A DNA stretch of 51,923 bases from Octopus bimaculoides (lineage: Eukaryota): positions 51,502,861-51,554,783 of the forward strand of contig NC_068983.1 of the NCBI RefSeq assembly GCF_001194135.2. Reading direction: 5' to 3'. Every line of letters starts with the position of its first letter. Position 1 is the first letter of the stretch. Shown piece by piece: positions 25,306 through 37,859 of the stretch. The position numbers and the translations under genes are program-made. Below the pieces are notes generated by a model, which was not told where the DNA came from, made no database searches, and saw only the letters and a program-made list of their open reading frames with translations.

Positions 25306-25705
25306 AGTGGAGGGGCAATGGCCCAGTGGTTAGGGCAGCGGGTTCGCGGTCATAGGATCGCGGTCATAGGATCGCGGTTTCGATTCCCAGACCGGGCGTT
25401 GTGAGTGTTTATTGAGCGAAAACTCCTAAAGCTCCACGAGGCTCTGGCAGGGGGTGGTGGCAAACCCTGCTGTACTCTGTCACCACAACTTTCTCTCACT
25501 CTTACTTCCTGTTTCTGCTGTGCCTGTAATTCAAAGGGTCAGCTTTGCCACACTGTGTCACGCTGAATATCCCCGAGAACTACGTTAAGGGTACACGTGT
25601 CCGTGGAGTGCTCAGCCACTTGCACGTTAATTTCACGAGCAGGCTGTTCCATTGATCGGATCAACTGGAACCCTCAACGTCGTAAGCGACGGAGTGCCAA
25701 CAACA
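25306..25705 (+). mobile_element. Near full-length tRNA-derived SINE with (AAC)n tail
   Basis: A box TGGCCCAGTGG; 14-bp tandem duplication GTCATAGGATCGCG; B-box-like GTTTCGATTCC; tail CAACAACAAC. Confidence 0.85.
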
Positions 25706-26388
25706 ACAATATGATTCTACCAACTCACCACTGTTGTTCAATATTTTTTAATATTCTCACAAAAATATAGATGTGATTTAGACTAACTTTGGTTGCGTAG
25801 TAGTGGAGAGATATGTAGCGAAATGTTATTTTAGATATTATATGAATGGGCTAGCGTCCGACATTGATATATATTCAAGTGTCACTTGTCTATAGGTAGC
25901 CACATAATTTTGCGCGGTATGGATTTCATTTCTTCAATATTTACCCATTTCGAGCCTGGTAGGCGTATGTAGAATCTCTCTCCACTAAGACATTATTTCT
26001 GAGTGAGTAACGGCTGACAGCAGATAATATGAAGTCTTGTTCTGTATAGGTATTTTGTTTCACATTCCACGTTGTAAGCAGAATTGATGTTGCTGGTTGT
26101 ATGAGTTATATTCATGCAGGAAGAGAAAGCGTTGTTAGGGAGAAATGAAATTGAGACTAGGCATAATGTATAGCAAAATATATATCACATATTTTTTTCA
26201 ATAGGTTGAGGAAAACGAAACATATCTAATATTTTCCGAACATAGTAGAAAGCATACAACAATAAAATCAGCTGTGCACAAGAACAAAGCCGAAGAATGA
26301 GGAAAATTAAAACTAAATATCCGAAAAAATAGCTCCTGGAAAGACGGGATAATGGAAAAGGAAATATTCAGCGCGAATGGTTCTCCAA

Positions 26389-26434
<46 letters not shown>

Positions 26435-26444
26435 NNNNNNNNNN

Positions 26445-26482
<38 letters not shown>

Positions 26483-27169
26483 TTGGAAAAAAATGACAAC
26501 AACGTCTTCATTTTCAGCGTTTGTCCATACTCTTTTCGTTTGCTTAATATTAAGGAACACAGCATCACAAACGTATTTAATATTGTCTTTCTCTGACTTT
26601 GTTTCTTTTAAAACTCTACGAATGAATATAGTCATATATTTCCAATACGCTCCTAGTAAAAGTCTTTCCGAGATGTGGATTGTTCGAAGACGCACCTAGT
26701 TGCATTCCTCTGTATGTGCGTGTTTACAGTTCCATGTATCATATATGTCATATGCACTTAAAATGTTTTCAGTATATAGCAATTCCTCGACTATCATGGG
26801 TGTTACCATTCCAACGATAGGTGAAACTCTGCGAAGTAGAAATAGTACTGTGCTGTATATATATATATTTTTATATATATATATATATATATATNNNNNN
26901 NNNNNNNNNNNNNNNNNNNNNNNNNNNNNNNNNNNNNNNNNNNNNNNNNNNNNNNNNNNNNNNNNNNNNNNNNNNNNNNNNNNNNNNNNNNNNNNNNNNN
27001 NNNNNNNNNNNNNNNNNNNNNNNNNNNNNNNNNNNNNNNNNNNNNNNNNNNNNNNNNNNNNNNNNNNNNNNNNNNNNNNNNNNNNNNNNNNNNNNNNNNN
27101 NNNNNNNNNNNNNNNNNNNNNNNNNNNNNNNNNNNNNNNNNNNNNNNNNNNNNNATATGTATATGCATG

Positions 27170-27215
<46 letters not shown>

Positions 27216-30200
27216 CATATATACATATATATTATTTTAATGATTGTATATATGTATTTTATTATAAAGGTAAAACAACACCACGGAGGAATCGACGTAA
27301 GCTTAAATAATAAACCGCGATAGATGAACCACAATATGACGTGGGATTACTGTATATCATTTATAAAAATTAAATAATCTTCAATGAAATATAAAACTTT
27401 ACTCTTAACATACCATGAAGACTATTAACGATTCAAACGAGCATACATTATAAAAGTCTGTGTAAAAATGAGCTCCCCGGAAATTTCTATGCAAAATAAA
27501 AATATTTATTTTTGCTTTGTATGAATAATTATAATTATTTAAAGCAATATTGCGTTACTTTTAGAAGTAAATAAAGGATTTGATATTTAATTCCGAACGT
27601 AACATTATCTTGCTTTAAATGTCTGCAGTAAAATTTGCTATAACCTTCAAAAATGTTGGCACTTTAATATTCATCTAGAAAAATATGCGTATCTATTCTA
27701 TAATGTTGTCATGAGAATTCCTTAAATACTCATGGTAACATTATAGAATAGTATTGTATAGTATTGTATCATTTATAGTATAGTATGACGGTCAAAAGGC
27801 TGATATTTATCATATCTGAGCCACTTACGCTACAAACTCACACATATTGACACACTCGCGCGCGAGCGCACCCACATAAATATATACATACGCATATGTA
27901 TATAAATAAATACATCAAATTCTGTAGGGCAACACAGTCTCTTTCAAAATATAAACTATTTATCTCTGCCTGCGTTATATTGTTAAACAATTATCTCCTT
28001 CTTTGTATATTTCTGTTAACTGTGTAATCGACGAAGCACTACCTGTAAGAAACATCCAATGAATATAATTCAGTAAATAAGGATTTAGGCGGGAGCGGAG
28101 TGATAAAGGCAAGTGGAAAACATACATTGTGAATACCTTTGATACATTTGTTCTTTTAGATTTGATATTCTGATAAACATGACTGCATAAGTATCAAAGA
28201 TAGTTCCTTCAAATTATTATTTTTTTTATATAAATTGATTTACGAATTTATAATGATCCGAGTGTCGTTTTCTCCGCTTAACCATCTCATGTATTTAATA
28301 GTTTGAAATGACGTGGATTAGTATATGTTGTATTATCTGAAATGTAATGATCGGAAACTCAGAAAACGTGCGGAGGATCTGATGGAAATTTTCACGCAAT
28401 CGCTATATTTTGGCTGCAATATGAAAGTATCTATTTTAACATTTGTTTAACGATATAGTACTGTGTGGGCCAGCATTTGCGAAAAGGTTGAGCAGATTGC
28501 TTGAACGAATATTTGTATTGGAAGTCAAATTTCATATGTGATTTATTTGAACATAGTTATTCAAATAATAACACAAATCGTTTGCTGGACAACCTTCCGA
28601 ACTCATGATTCACCGTTCAAAATATATTACACTTACATTGACAAGTTTAAATTTGTTTAGCATTTACATTGATATATCCGTAAGTAGTTGTCTTGACATA
28701 TCAATGAAAGTAGAGGGAAATATTTATAATATCTGCATATTATCAAAATTTAACCACACTAATTGTAACGAGATTTTAGTGGGGTTGTTTGTATTTTAAT
28801 CAGAAAAGAACGGGCTGTGCTGTGAGTATGTTTGTGTATGACAGGTTAAATGGATTTTCTGATTCTAAGTGAATGTGGCACGAAATGTTTAGAATTAACG
28901 TGGATGTTATCTTAGTGATGAAGTACGTTGAACATCATTATGTGCAGTATTTTCATTTAAGATATGGGCATTGTTTCTGCTATTTTAAATCTGCTGATTA
29001 TTGACTTATCATAATTAGAGTTTCATAAACACGTTAGACTCTTTTATATTACATGTTATAAATGTGGAAATCTTTAATATATTACAATTGTCTGAATTTG
29101 AGATTGCTGTAGGCAACTAATTGCATACACACTCACACAGATAGACAATTGAATATGATGTATGTTTGTGTGGAAAGGGAGATATATTGAGAACGAAAGT
29201 GAGGAAGTAAGATATGTGTTTGAAGACAAATTTACCTTGTTAAGAATTCGTAATTCTCTCTACAGACATATGTTTAAATTATAAAGAGTAAAGACCCTCC
29301 TCGGCACCTAGAAAGTTCCCTCCGAGGCAGAAGTTTTTAGAGGAAGGACCGCGATGGTAATCCCACTGATCTAGACACTGAGCCATGCTCCGTCACATTT
29401 AAAAGTATACCATCTAAATAGTAGGTGTTATAGAGACGATGGTCTAACTCTCTATCTAGAAGCGCAGCATTCATTAAAAAATAAATTCTTATCAGTTTAT
29501 ATATCAAACCTAAAATTTCAGCTATATGATATATTGAAAGCGATTACTATCCTTAAAACGTTTATAAGAGCATGTTTCAATCTTCATGAAAACAATTTAT
29601 TCAACACTTATATAAGCATACTTTGGGTATGTTTATCAAATTTCAAAATTACTTCTGATGTTATAAGAGATTTTAAATGAATCCCTCCATTATATTATAC
29701 ACTGTGCAAAGTGAGCAGAAAAACTATTATAGATTTTCAAGTAACTCATTTATTTAATGCAAGTCTCCGACGGATATCATGCCTTAGGAATACAGTTTAG
29801 TTTTGGTCAAAGATATAGAAATTATTTCCCCGATACTCGGCCATATTTGGGCATATGGGAGCAAGCCTGCTTCTCTATCACATTGTTCGAACTTCAATTC
29901 TATTGCGTGTCCAATTGTGAAATTATCTTGAACAATAACCCCGGGCCATTCAAATACTTATGAACAGATTTGATAGAAGGAACCTGAAAATCTTCATCGT
30001 ATATATGTGTGTGTGTGTGTGTGTGTTTGAGTGTGCGTGTGTGTGTGTATGTGTGTGTATGTGTGTGTGTGTGTGTGTATGTGTGTGTGTGTATGTTAAT
30101 ATTTAGCAGAAGTATCAGTGTCACTTATGGTCCGAGAGTTTGATGCGCTGGCACCCGACGCACGGAACTGTCGGATATTGAGTCACCCCTTTACTTCTAC

Positions 30201-30289
30201 TAGATATTACTAAATATATATATATGTAAATATATAAAAACAAAAAGATAAAGAGAGCAAAGGTAAGGTTGAACAATTTTATGGATAGA

Positions 30290-30338
30290 GTCTTAAAGCT
30301 GTTTCTGGGAAGATCCAGTACTTCCCTTCATCGGAGAC
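30290..30338 (-). ncRNA. Hammerhead motif with CCGATGA core at the 3' end of the Penelope-like element
   Basis: Stem I GTCT/AGAC; CCGATGA; A-GGGAAG/CTTCCC-A stem II; GAAA-C-AGCT-T-TA. The C15.2-G16.2 pair is broken by one apparent G to T change. Confidence 0.65.
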
Positions 30339-32480
30339 AGAAAAAATAAAGTAATCTATTATTATATCCATAGGCGGATATTTTTAGTATGAAGTGGTAA
30401 AGAGTGTGATGTGCTGAAAAAAGAGAGAACAGTACTTGATGTGTAGTTTCATTCCAGTGGTAAATATCCGTGTAGAAATTCTTGCAAATTAATCCTTGTG
30501 TGAATAATCCGGAAATTTATATTGGAATGAGAGTTGATATAGCATAGATAGCAGATGTATATACATTCCATATTGCAATAGATTTTTGCTTGTTTACTTG
30601 AAGAATGTCCAAGTCAAGTGAAAAGTTAGCGGTAATTAGGTCAAGTCAAGAAGATAGAATGTGGAAGGGGATAGAGAAGATATAGAGGCGGAGGATGGTA
30701 GCGATATATTTATGGTCAGTTGGTCTTAACAGGGTAGAGTGGAAGAGCATATAGAGTGAAGGAGGAATAGGGGGATGAGGTTAAAAGGTCTAGTGAGTAG
30801 GAAGGAATGCGTGTGTGTAGTATATAGGTGGTGGGGGTATGAGTGATAAACCAAGGACAGAGATAAAGGAGAGGGATGGGTAGGAAAGGTAGTTAGTAGT
30901 ATCATATTTTAGGATGCTGCCAAGCCTATATATAGACGGTGGAAAGGGATTGAAAGAGGTGACGTAGTCTGTTTGTGTAGGTAGTGTTCTTGTGAAATTG
31001 AGAATATGAGAAATAGATTTGGTGGTACATGTGTGGTGAGATGATCGAAGGGAAATAATCCTATTCAAAAAGATGGTGAAATATGGATGTTTTTGCCAGG
31101 TTGAATAGGCTGCCTGTGGGGGGTTGTGTTAATATGTTGCATGATCATTTGTGCAATTTTGCTTGTGATAGAACCTGAATGTGTGGAAAGAGCGGTGGTT
31201 GCAGTTGCTAAACGCTTCATTATATCGATTAAGTAAAGTGGGAGAATTGTATTTTAAAATATGAAACGCCTCCGTTAGGCAAAGGTTGCAATTGGAGCGC
31301 TGGCCCTGGTATGGAGTTCCAGAGTCTAAGATGGACCATTTTAAGGTGTATTGGGTATTTTTGTTTTTGAAGTGATGAATATGATTGGCTAATGTTGTAG
31401 ATTTACTGTGTTTGTCGTATCTAAAAGAGTGCATATGGGCTGCGTAGCGANNNNNNNNNNNNNNNNNNNNNNNNNNNNNNNNNNNNNNNNNNNNNNNNNN
31501 NNNNNNNNNNNNNNNNNNNNNNNNNNNNNNNNNNNNNNNNNNNNNNNNNNNNNNNNNNNNNNNNNNNNNNNNNNNNNNNNNNNNNNNNNNNNNNNNNNNN
31601 NNNNNNNNNNNNNNNNNNNNNNNNNNNNNNNNNNNNNNNNNNNNNNNNNNNNNNNNNNNNNNNNNNNNNNNNNNNNNNNNNNNNNNNNNNNNNNNNNNNN
31701 NNNNNNNNNNNNNNNNNNNNNNNNNNNNNNNNNNNNNNNNNNNNNNNNNNNNNNNNNNNNNNNNNNNNNNNNNNNNNNNNNNNNNNNNNNNNNNNNNNNN
31801 NNNNNNNNNNNNNNNNNNNNNNNNNNNNNNNNNNNNNNNNNNNNNNNNNNNNNNNNNNNNNNNNNNNNNNNNTTTATGTTTGTTAGAAGCTGCTATAATA
31901 GATTCAAAGTTAGGAGTGGTAGAATACGATAATTTTAAAGTGGATCTGTTGAATATAGAGTGGTATTTGTGTTGTCGTGAGAAGTTAGAATCTAGTATTT
32001 TAAAGAAAGATTTGGCTAGGTTCCTAGTGTTAAGAGAGAATGGGGAGGTGTACCACAGGATGGAGCGGCCACCGCTTTTTTGGGGGGGTTCTGCGCATGT
32101 TGTAATTAAGGTGTTTGAGTGGAGGGCAGTTGTCTATACTTTTGGTAGGGCTAGCTGATTTAAACATCTTAGATTTAGCCCTAGTGTTATAGGTGTGATT
32201 GTGGGGTCTGTTTGGGTATGCGGGTGGTTGGTTGTGCTTTTGATTGATGTGATGTCTTTGGGGTGCGATTTGTGATATAAATTGTTTAAGTCTGGTGTTA
32301 TGTATGTATTTTATTTGTTGTAAGAAACCGCTAGCCGCTAGTGCTTGGTTGTAGTATGGAGCGTGATTGTTAAATATTTCTTCAGAAGAGGATAGATCAG
32401 ATAAGCGGGTAGATATCCCTATGATTATGTTGTCGAAAGTAGATCTGTGATGATTAGATAGAGTCGAGATCCAAAGATGC
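30290..32480 (-). mobile_element. 5'-truncated Penelope-like retroelement (RT thumb, linker, GIY-YIG, 3' region, hammerhead)
   Basis: Minus translations: GISTRLSDLSSSEEIFNNHAPYYNQALAASGF (RT thumb); RSILWYTSPFSLN...HKYHSIFNRSTLKLSYSTTPNFESII (PLE linker); RYAAHMHSF...TLANHIHHFK...CNLCLTEAFHIL...LLNRYNEAFSNCNH (GIY-YIG C-terminus, 31129-31450). The N-gap at 31451-31871 hides the GIY motif. Confidence 0.92.
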
Positions 32481-32589
32481 TGGTGGCCACACCATCAACC
32501 TTTCACTTGTATGCCGTAAGACCCGAGTAAAGTTTTGGTCGTCCTAGTACTGTAGTCATGCATGAATACGAGATTCCTTAGAAGTGACA

Positions 32590-33290
32590 GTGGTACATCC
32601 TTTGCCCAGAAATCGAAGACCTCCTTCAGGAGATTGCAGTACGTGCCTGTGGTCACTTAACTCCTTCAGGCACTCTGAGTGGGCCATCAAGTTTGCCGCC
32701 AATTATACCAGCCCAAAACATGGTGCCCGTACCTTGTTGTTGATGTCGTTAACGTTGCTGACGCTTATCTACAAATTAGAACTAAACATTTGCCCAACTA
32801 TCAGTTCCGTCAAGGGATGATCTGGTTTTGTCAGTAAGCAGAACACAACTCATGTCTAACGTCAAGTACTTTTGAGCTCATTGAAGCATCAAACGTCTGT
32901 TAAAGGAGGCAGTTTCAGGGTTTCTCGCACGGGAATCTTGGTCTCGAGGATGCGATATCCGGAGGCGGTGAAAATGGCTTTGTTTGTTGTCCGGGTCACC
33001 CACATAACTTGCGGCCAATATTTCTTAACTTCCTAGCAGTCAGAGACTTGCAGGTCCCACAATCGGATCGTTGCTTCCTTGGCGAAGGTTTCTTTAGGAT
33101 TCGTCTAACCGTGTCCATATTACGACTTAATTTCTCCACAATGACATGAAGAGTAGAGCCGTTGGCACTATCTTTGATGATGACAGACATATCTTCATTG
33201 TTACGTCCTTTTCCACGTCGCAGTATTCAATTGTCGTCCCAATTCTATGCATCAGATTTTCAGTGAAGCATCTTTGTAAATTGTTGCCTT
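32590..33290 (-). pseudogene. Tc1-like (DD34E-type) transposase remnant, N-terminal two thirds
   Basis: HTH region LSRNMDTVRRILKKPSPRKQRSDCG, then VLLTDKTRSSLDGTDSW and QQQGTGTMFWAGIIG...GPLRVPEGVK, matching Tc1 VLFTDE and GGG.VM.WAGI motifs; multiple stops. Confidence 0.85.
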
Positions 33291-33302
33291 CATATTCTTT
33301 TC

Positions 33303-33941
33303 TTCTCTAGGCACAAGGCCCAGAATTTTGGGGAAAGAAAGCAGTCGATTAGAGGGACCCCAGCACGCATCTGCTATTTAATTTATTGACCCCGAAAGGA
33401 TGAAAGGCAATGTCGACCTCAGCGGAATTTGAACACAGAACGAACGTAAAGACAGACGAATTACCGCTAAGCATTTCGCCCGGCGTTCTAACGTTTCTTA
33501 TTTCTTTACTGCCCAGGAAACGCTAAACATAGAGGGGACAAACAAGGACAGACAAACGGATTAAGTCGATTATATCGACTCCAGTGCGTAACTGGTACGT
33601 ATTTAATCAACCCCGAAAGGATGAAAGGCAAAGTTGACCTCGGCGGAATTTGAACTCAGAACAGAACGCAGACGAAATACAGCGAAACATTTCGTCCGGC
33701 GTGCTAACGTTTCTTATTTTTTTATTGTCCAAAAGAGTTAAACATAGAGGACAAACCAGGACAGAGAAATGGATTAAGTCGATTATATCGACCCCAGTGC
33801 GTAACTGATACTTATTTAATCGACCTCGAAAGGATGAAAGGCAAAGTCAACCTCAGCGGAATTTGAACTCAGAGCGTAGAGGCAGACAGAAACCGCAAAG
33901 CATTTCGCCCGGCGTGCTAACGTTTCTGCCAGCTCGTCGCC
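33303..33941 (-). mobile_element. Head-to-tail trimer of SINE family A
   Basis: Units ~33303-33498, 33499-33713 and 33714-33941. Only the last has the full head GGCGACGAGCTGGCAGAAACGTTAGC; both junctions fall at the same point (plus strand ...AACGTTTCT|TATTT). Confidence 0.92.
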
Positions 33942-34425
33942 TTTGTTGCCTGTGATATCTTCTTCCATCAGTTCCTAATAATGAAGCCTTTCGCTTGCTT
34001 TTACAAAGATGTTCCATTTTCTTTACAAACTTATACGTTGCTACTTTCGCATAGAACTGTCTCCTTTTTCTGTACCTTTGGTTGCTCACAACCATAGCAG
34101 TATTGCTATTAGTGGTGGCAGTTGAAAACTTTTGCACTGGAATGATGCTTTTAGGGTTTCTTTTTTGAGAATGTTTTTGACCTTTTTTTCCTTTTTGTTT
34201 GTTCTTGTTCTCTTTGTATCAGTTCTGCAGGTTTTTTCATTGCTTTCGTAACTCTTGCAAATTCTACTGCTGCTCTCGGTTCTATTATGTTTTACTTTGT
34301 TATTTGAAGTGGCAAAGGCTTCGTCCATTGATAATCTGGATTATTCCATCCTTCTTTCAAATTTATCTCCTTTTTCTTCTAATATCAGCGGTCTGGTTCT
34401 TAGTAATGTTACTAACTTTAAATTA

Positions 34426-34501
34426 CTGTTCTGTATTTAAGAGATGAAGAATTGTGTACATTATTTACATTATTTACATTTGACGGTATTTTTCGATGTT
34501 G

Positions 34502-34565
<64 letters not shown>

Positions 34566-34840
34566 CATTATTCAGGTCACTGCTTGGAATATGCCCGTGG
34601 GCCCACGAGCATATGGCGTACTTAAGAGTGCGGGCTACTAACCCCAAGATTCCGAGTTCGATTCCAAGCAGTGACCTGAATAATAATAAAATCGAAAAAT
34701 ACCTTGGGAATGAGAATGCAAGTTCGAAATTTCCCCAAGACACCTGGTGAAGGCTGGAGGGTATATCAGCCGAAACATTGTGTTAAAAAAATCAAGACGG
34801 GGACAAATATCCGTCAAATGTAAATAATGGAAATAATGTA
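34426..34840. mobile_element. Foldback of the tRNA-head/hammerhead SINE: deleted inverted copy (34426-34600) plus forward copy (34603-34840)
   Basis: Centre hairpin ATATGCCCGTGG-GC-CCACGAGCATAT; B box 34654-64; hammerhead GACAC(34739-43)-CTGGTGA-A-GGCTG/CAGCC-GAAA-CATT-GTGTT(34780-84); expanded (ATT)n in the left arm. Confidence 0.88.
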
Positions 34841-35524
34841 ACTTTAAATTGTTGTTTTCTTCTTGTTTTTGTTTTATCTTTTCGAGAAACAAAGATATCC
34901 GAATATTCTGCAAAGGTTTACTCCCACAAACAAAAGAATGAACCAACACGCTGATGTCGTGGTGAGATTAACAGACATCTATAAAGAAAAGATGTCTAGG
35001 TACGTGAATAGAAAAATCCATGCATCGCACGCGGGAAGGCATTATTTGCAGAACGAATGAACGAACAATAACATTGAGAATCCTTTCTACTATAGTTACA
35101 AGTCCTGGAATATTGGAGGAAGGAGCTAGTCGATTAGAGGGATTGGTACTTGATTTATCGACCTCGAAACAATGAAAGGCAAAGTCGACCTCGGTGGAAT
35201 TTGAACTCAGAACAAAAGACAGACAAAATAGGGCTAAACATTTCTCCCGGAATGCTAACAAAATTACTGTAAAACGGCTGGACAGATTTTCATCAAATTT
35301 TGCAGAAATACTCATCGGGTGAATGGCTCGCACACATTTTTTTTTTGTTTGATTGTCTTAAAAAAGGCGAACGGGTGAATCAAATCGCTTGTTTTTTTCT
35401 TTGTTACATATATATAAACGATAAGCAGGGGAAATAACTCTTCATGTAATTTTGTTGAAATATGAATTTGAGATTATATTAAATGAAATTTTATTTCATA
35501 TTTGTGTGCGCGCAGGGTATACAT

Positions 35525-35700
35525 CGGCCCTCGGCCTGTTGTACTCTTTGGCCCCAACTTTCTCTCACTCTTTCCTCCTGTTATTTAAGTAACGCTGCGA
35601 TGAACTGGCGTGCCGCCCAGCTGGGGAGAACACACACGCTATAGAAACCGGGTCCATGAGCCTGGCTAGGCTTGAAAAGGGCACATAAATAAATAAAAAA
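35525..35700 (+). mobile_element. 5'-truncated SINE sharing its middle domain with 25306-25705 but with a different tail
   Basis: TGTACTCT...CAACTTTCTCTCACTCTT shared with 25470-25503; tail GCTGCGATGAACTGGCG...(AAAT)n. Confidence 0.6.
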
Positions 35701-37859
35701 ATGTGATATAGATATATAACATATTAAAGAATGATCTCACAAGTGAGTAACATAGGCTTTTCATTGAAAATTAATTTCTAATCCATGTCCTGCGATATCT
35801 GTTCCCTTTATGCGCCATGTGTTCAAGTGATGCTGCAATAAATTTAGCTAATTTTTCGGATTGGCGGGTGGTAAAGACATAAATATCTTTCATGCGCATC
35901 TTACCCGCGTCTCACTTTCTCCTTATTTCATAAGAGACACTGAAATATTGCAACAAATATGTGCATACAAAAAACAGTTACCATTCCGCCTGGGAAATAT
36001 AATATGCCCCACCGCACTTGGTGACCTCTTCTAAACTAAATTGCTATACTATCACTCAGAAACATCTATGCAATAATTCTTTTGTAGATGCGCAATACAG
36101 AACGCAACAGTTTAATGGATATAAATGTAGAAACTATTAATGAAATCGATGTTGAAACGTCGTGTAAATTTAAGCATTCGCCTGTTTCTATGTGGAATTT
36201 GTTCCCAACCAAAGTATGATATATTCCACGTTATAAAGGCAGGTTTCATGCATTTTATGTTTTCGCAAATCGACTTCACATTCACAAAATGTATTTTACT
36301 GAAAATAAATATAATGGTATTCCCTTAAAATAAAGAAATCTGACCATAATTTAAATCCTCATAATTTAAATCCATATGTTATACGAATTTTACCAACTAT
36401 TTTGGTATCCATAAATTATTACAATCACGATCGTTTTATTGGAAGCTGCTTTATCTATTCATTTGAGATAACTGTTATGTAACATTCTTATATCAAATAC
36501 ATTTTCACATGACGAGGTTTTAAACTTTAGCTTTTAAAGTAATATTACAACCATTCTACTAATCAGCCATATTGTATTAATGTTTTCAATGGCATTTGTT
36601 TAATGTTCGATAATGCGCTAATATGCCACTTTTATGATAATTCTTGTATACAGAATGCCCATTTTCAATGTTTTCAATACAAGAAGTAAATTAGATTGTG
36701 TAAATAGCAATTTATACATGGTTGCGCACATGCAAAGCCTCGTATAATTATTTTAATTTATGAAATATTCTATTGCATAGTGATTTCTATAGTTCACCAG
36801 CTTTTGTAGATTATTCTTTGGAAATATGATTCCCCGTTGTCATATTACGTTCTCCTTTCAATTGCTATCTGTTGCTGCATATAGATACAGACATATGCGT
36901 GCTCACACACACAAAACACACACACACACATGCACACATCCTACACATACACACATCACACCACACTCTTGCACAGACACATATACACACATATGTATAT
37001 ATATATGGGTGTTTGCATATATATATATATATATATATANNNNNNNNNNNNNNNNNNNNNNNNNNNNNNNNNNNNNNNNNNNNNNNNNNNNNNNNNNNNN
37101 NNNNNNNNNNNNNNNNNNNNNNNNNNNNNNNNNNNNNNNNNNNNNNNNNNNNNNNNNNNNNNNNNNNNNNNNNNNNNNNNNNNNNNNNNNNNNNNNNNNN
37201 NNNNNNNNNNNNNNNNNNNNNNNNNNNNNNNNNNNNNNNNNNNNNNNNNNNNNNNNNNNNNNNNNNNNNNNNNNNNNNNNNNNNNNNNNNNNNNNNNNNN
37301 NNNNNNNNNNNNNNNNNNNNNNNNNNNNNNNNNNNNNNNNNNNNNNNNNNNNNNNNNNNNNNNNNNNNNNNNNNNNNNNNNNNNNNNNNNNNNNNNNNNN
37401 NNNNNNNNNNNNNNNNNNNNNNNNNNNNNNNNNNNNNNNNNNNNNNNNNNNNNNNNNNNNNNNNNNNNNNNNNNNNNNNNNNNNNNNNNNNNNNNNNNNN
37501 NNNNNNNNNNNNNNNNNNNNNNNNNNNNNNNNNNNNNNNNNNNNNTATATATATATATATATGTATGTATGTATATATGTATGCATTCATACATAAATAC
37601 ATGAAAACATATAAAAAAACATGCATATGGTTTTGCGCAATATGTGCGTCTATGCCTATGTGTATCTGTCCAGCAGTCTGTGTGAATGAAATAAAATGAG
37701 AGAGAAATGAGAGAAAGAAAAGAACATAAGAATGCAATTACCATTATTAGCATTATTAGAAATTTCACTGTTTGTCGCTATGCTGATTAAAACCCCAATT
37801 TATTAGCTCCATTTGAGTTTTATTCATGCCGTTTCTTTATTATAAATATCTTCGCCGTT

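Noticed and set aside
26289-26310. CCGAAGA...GAAA motifs here and at ~40836-40860
   Set aside because: No convincing stem II or stem I; expected by chance.
35265-35420. Helitron-like 5' internal motif AAAACGGCTGGACAGATTTTCATCAAATTT
   Set aside because: No TC start or hairpin-CTAG end found nearby; too short to call.
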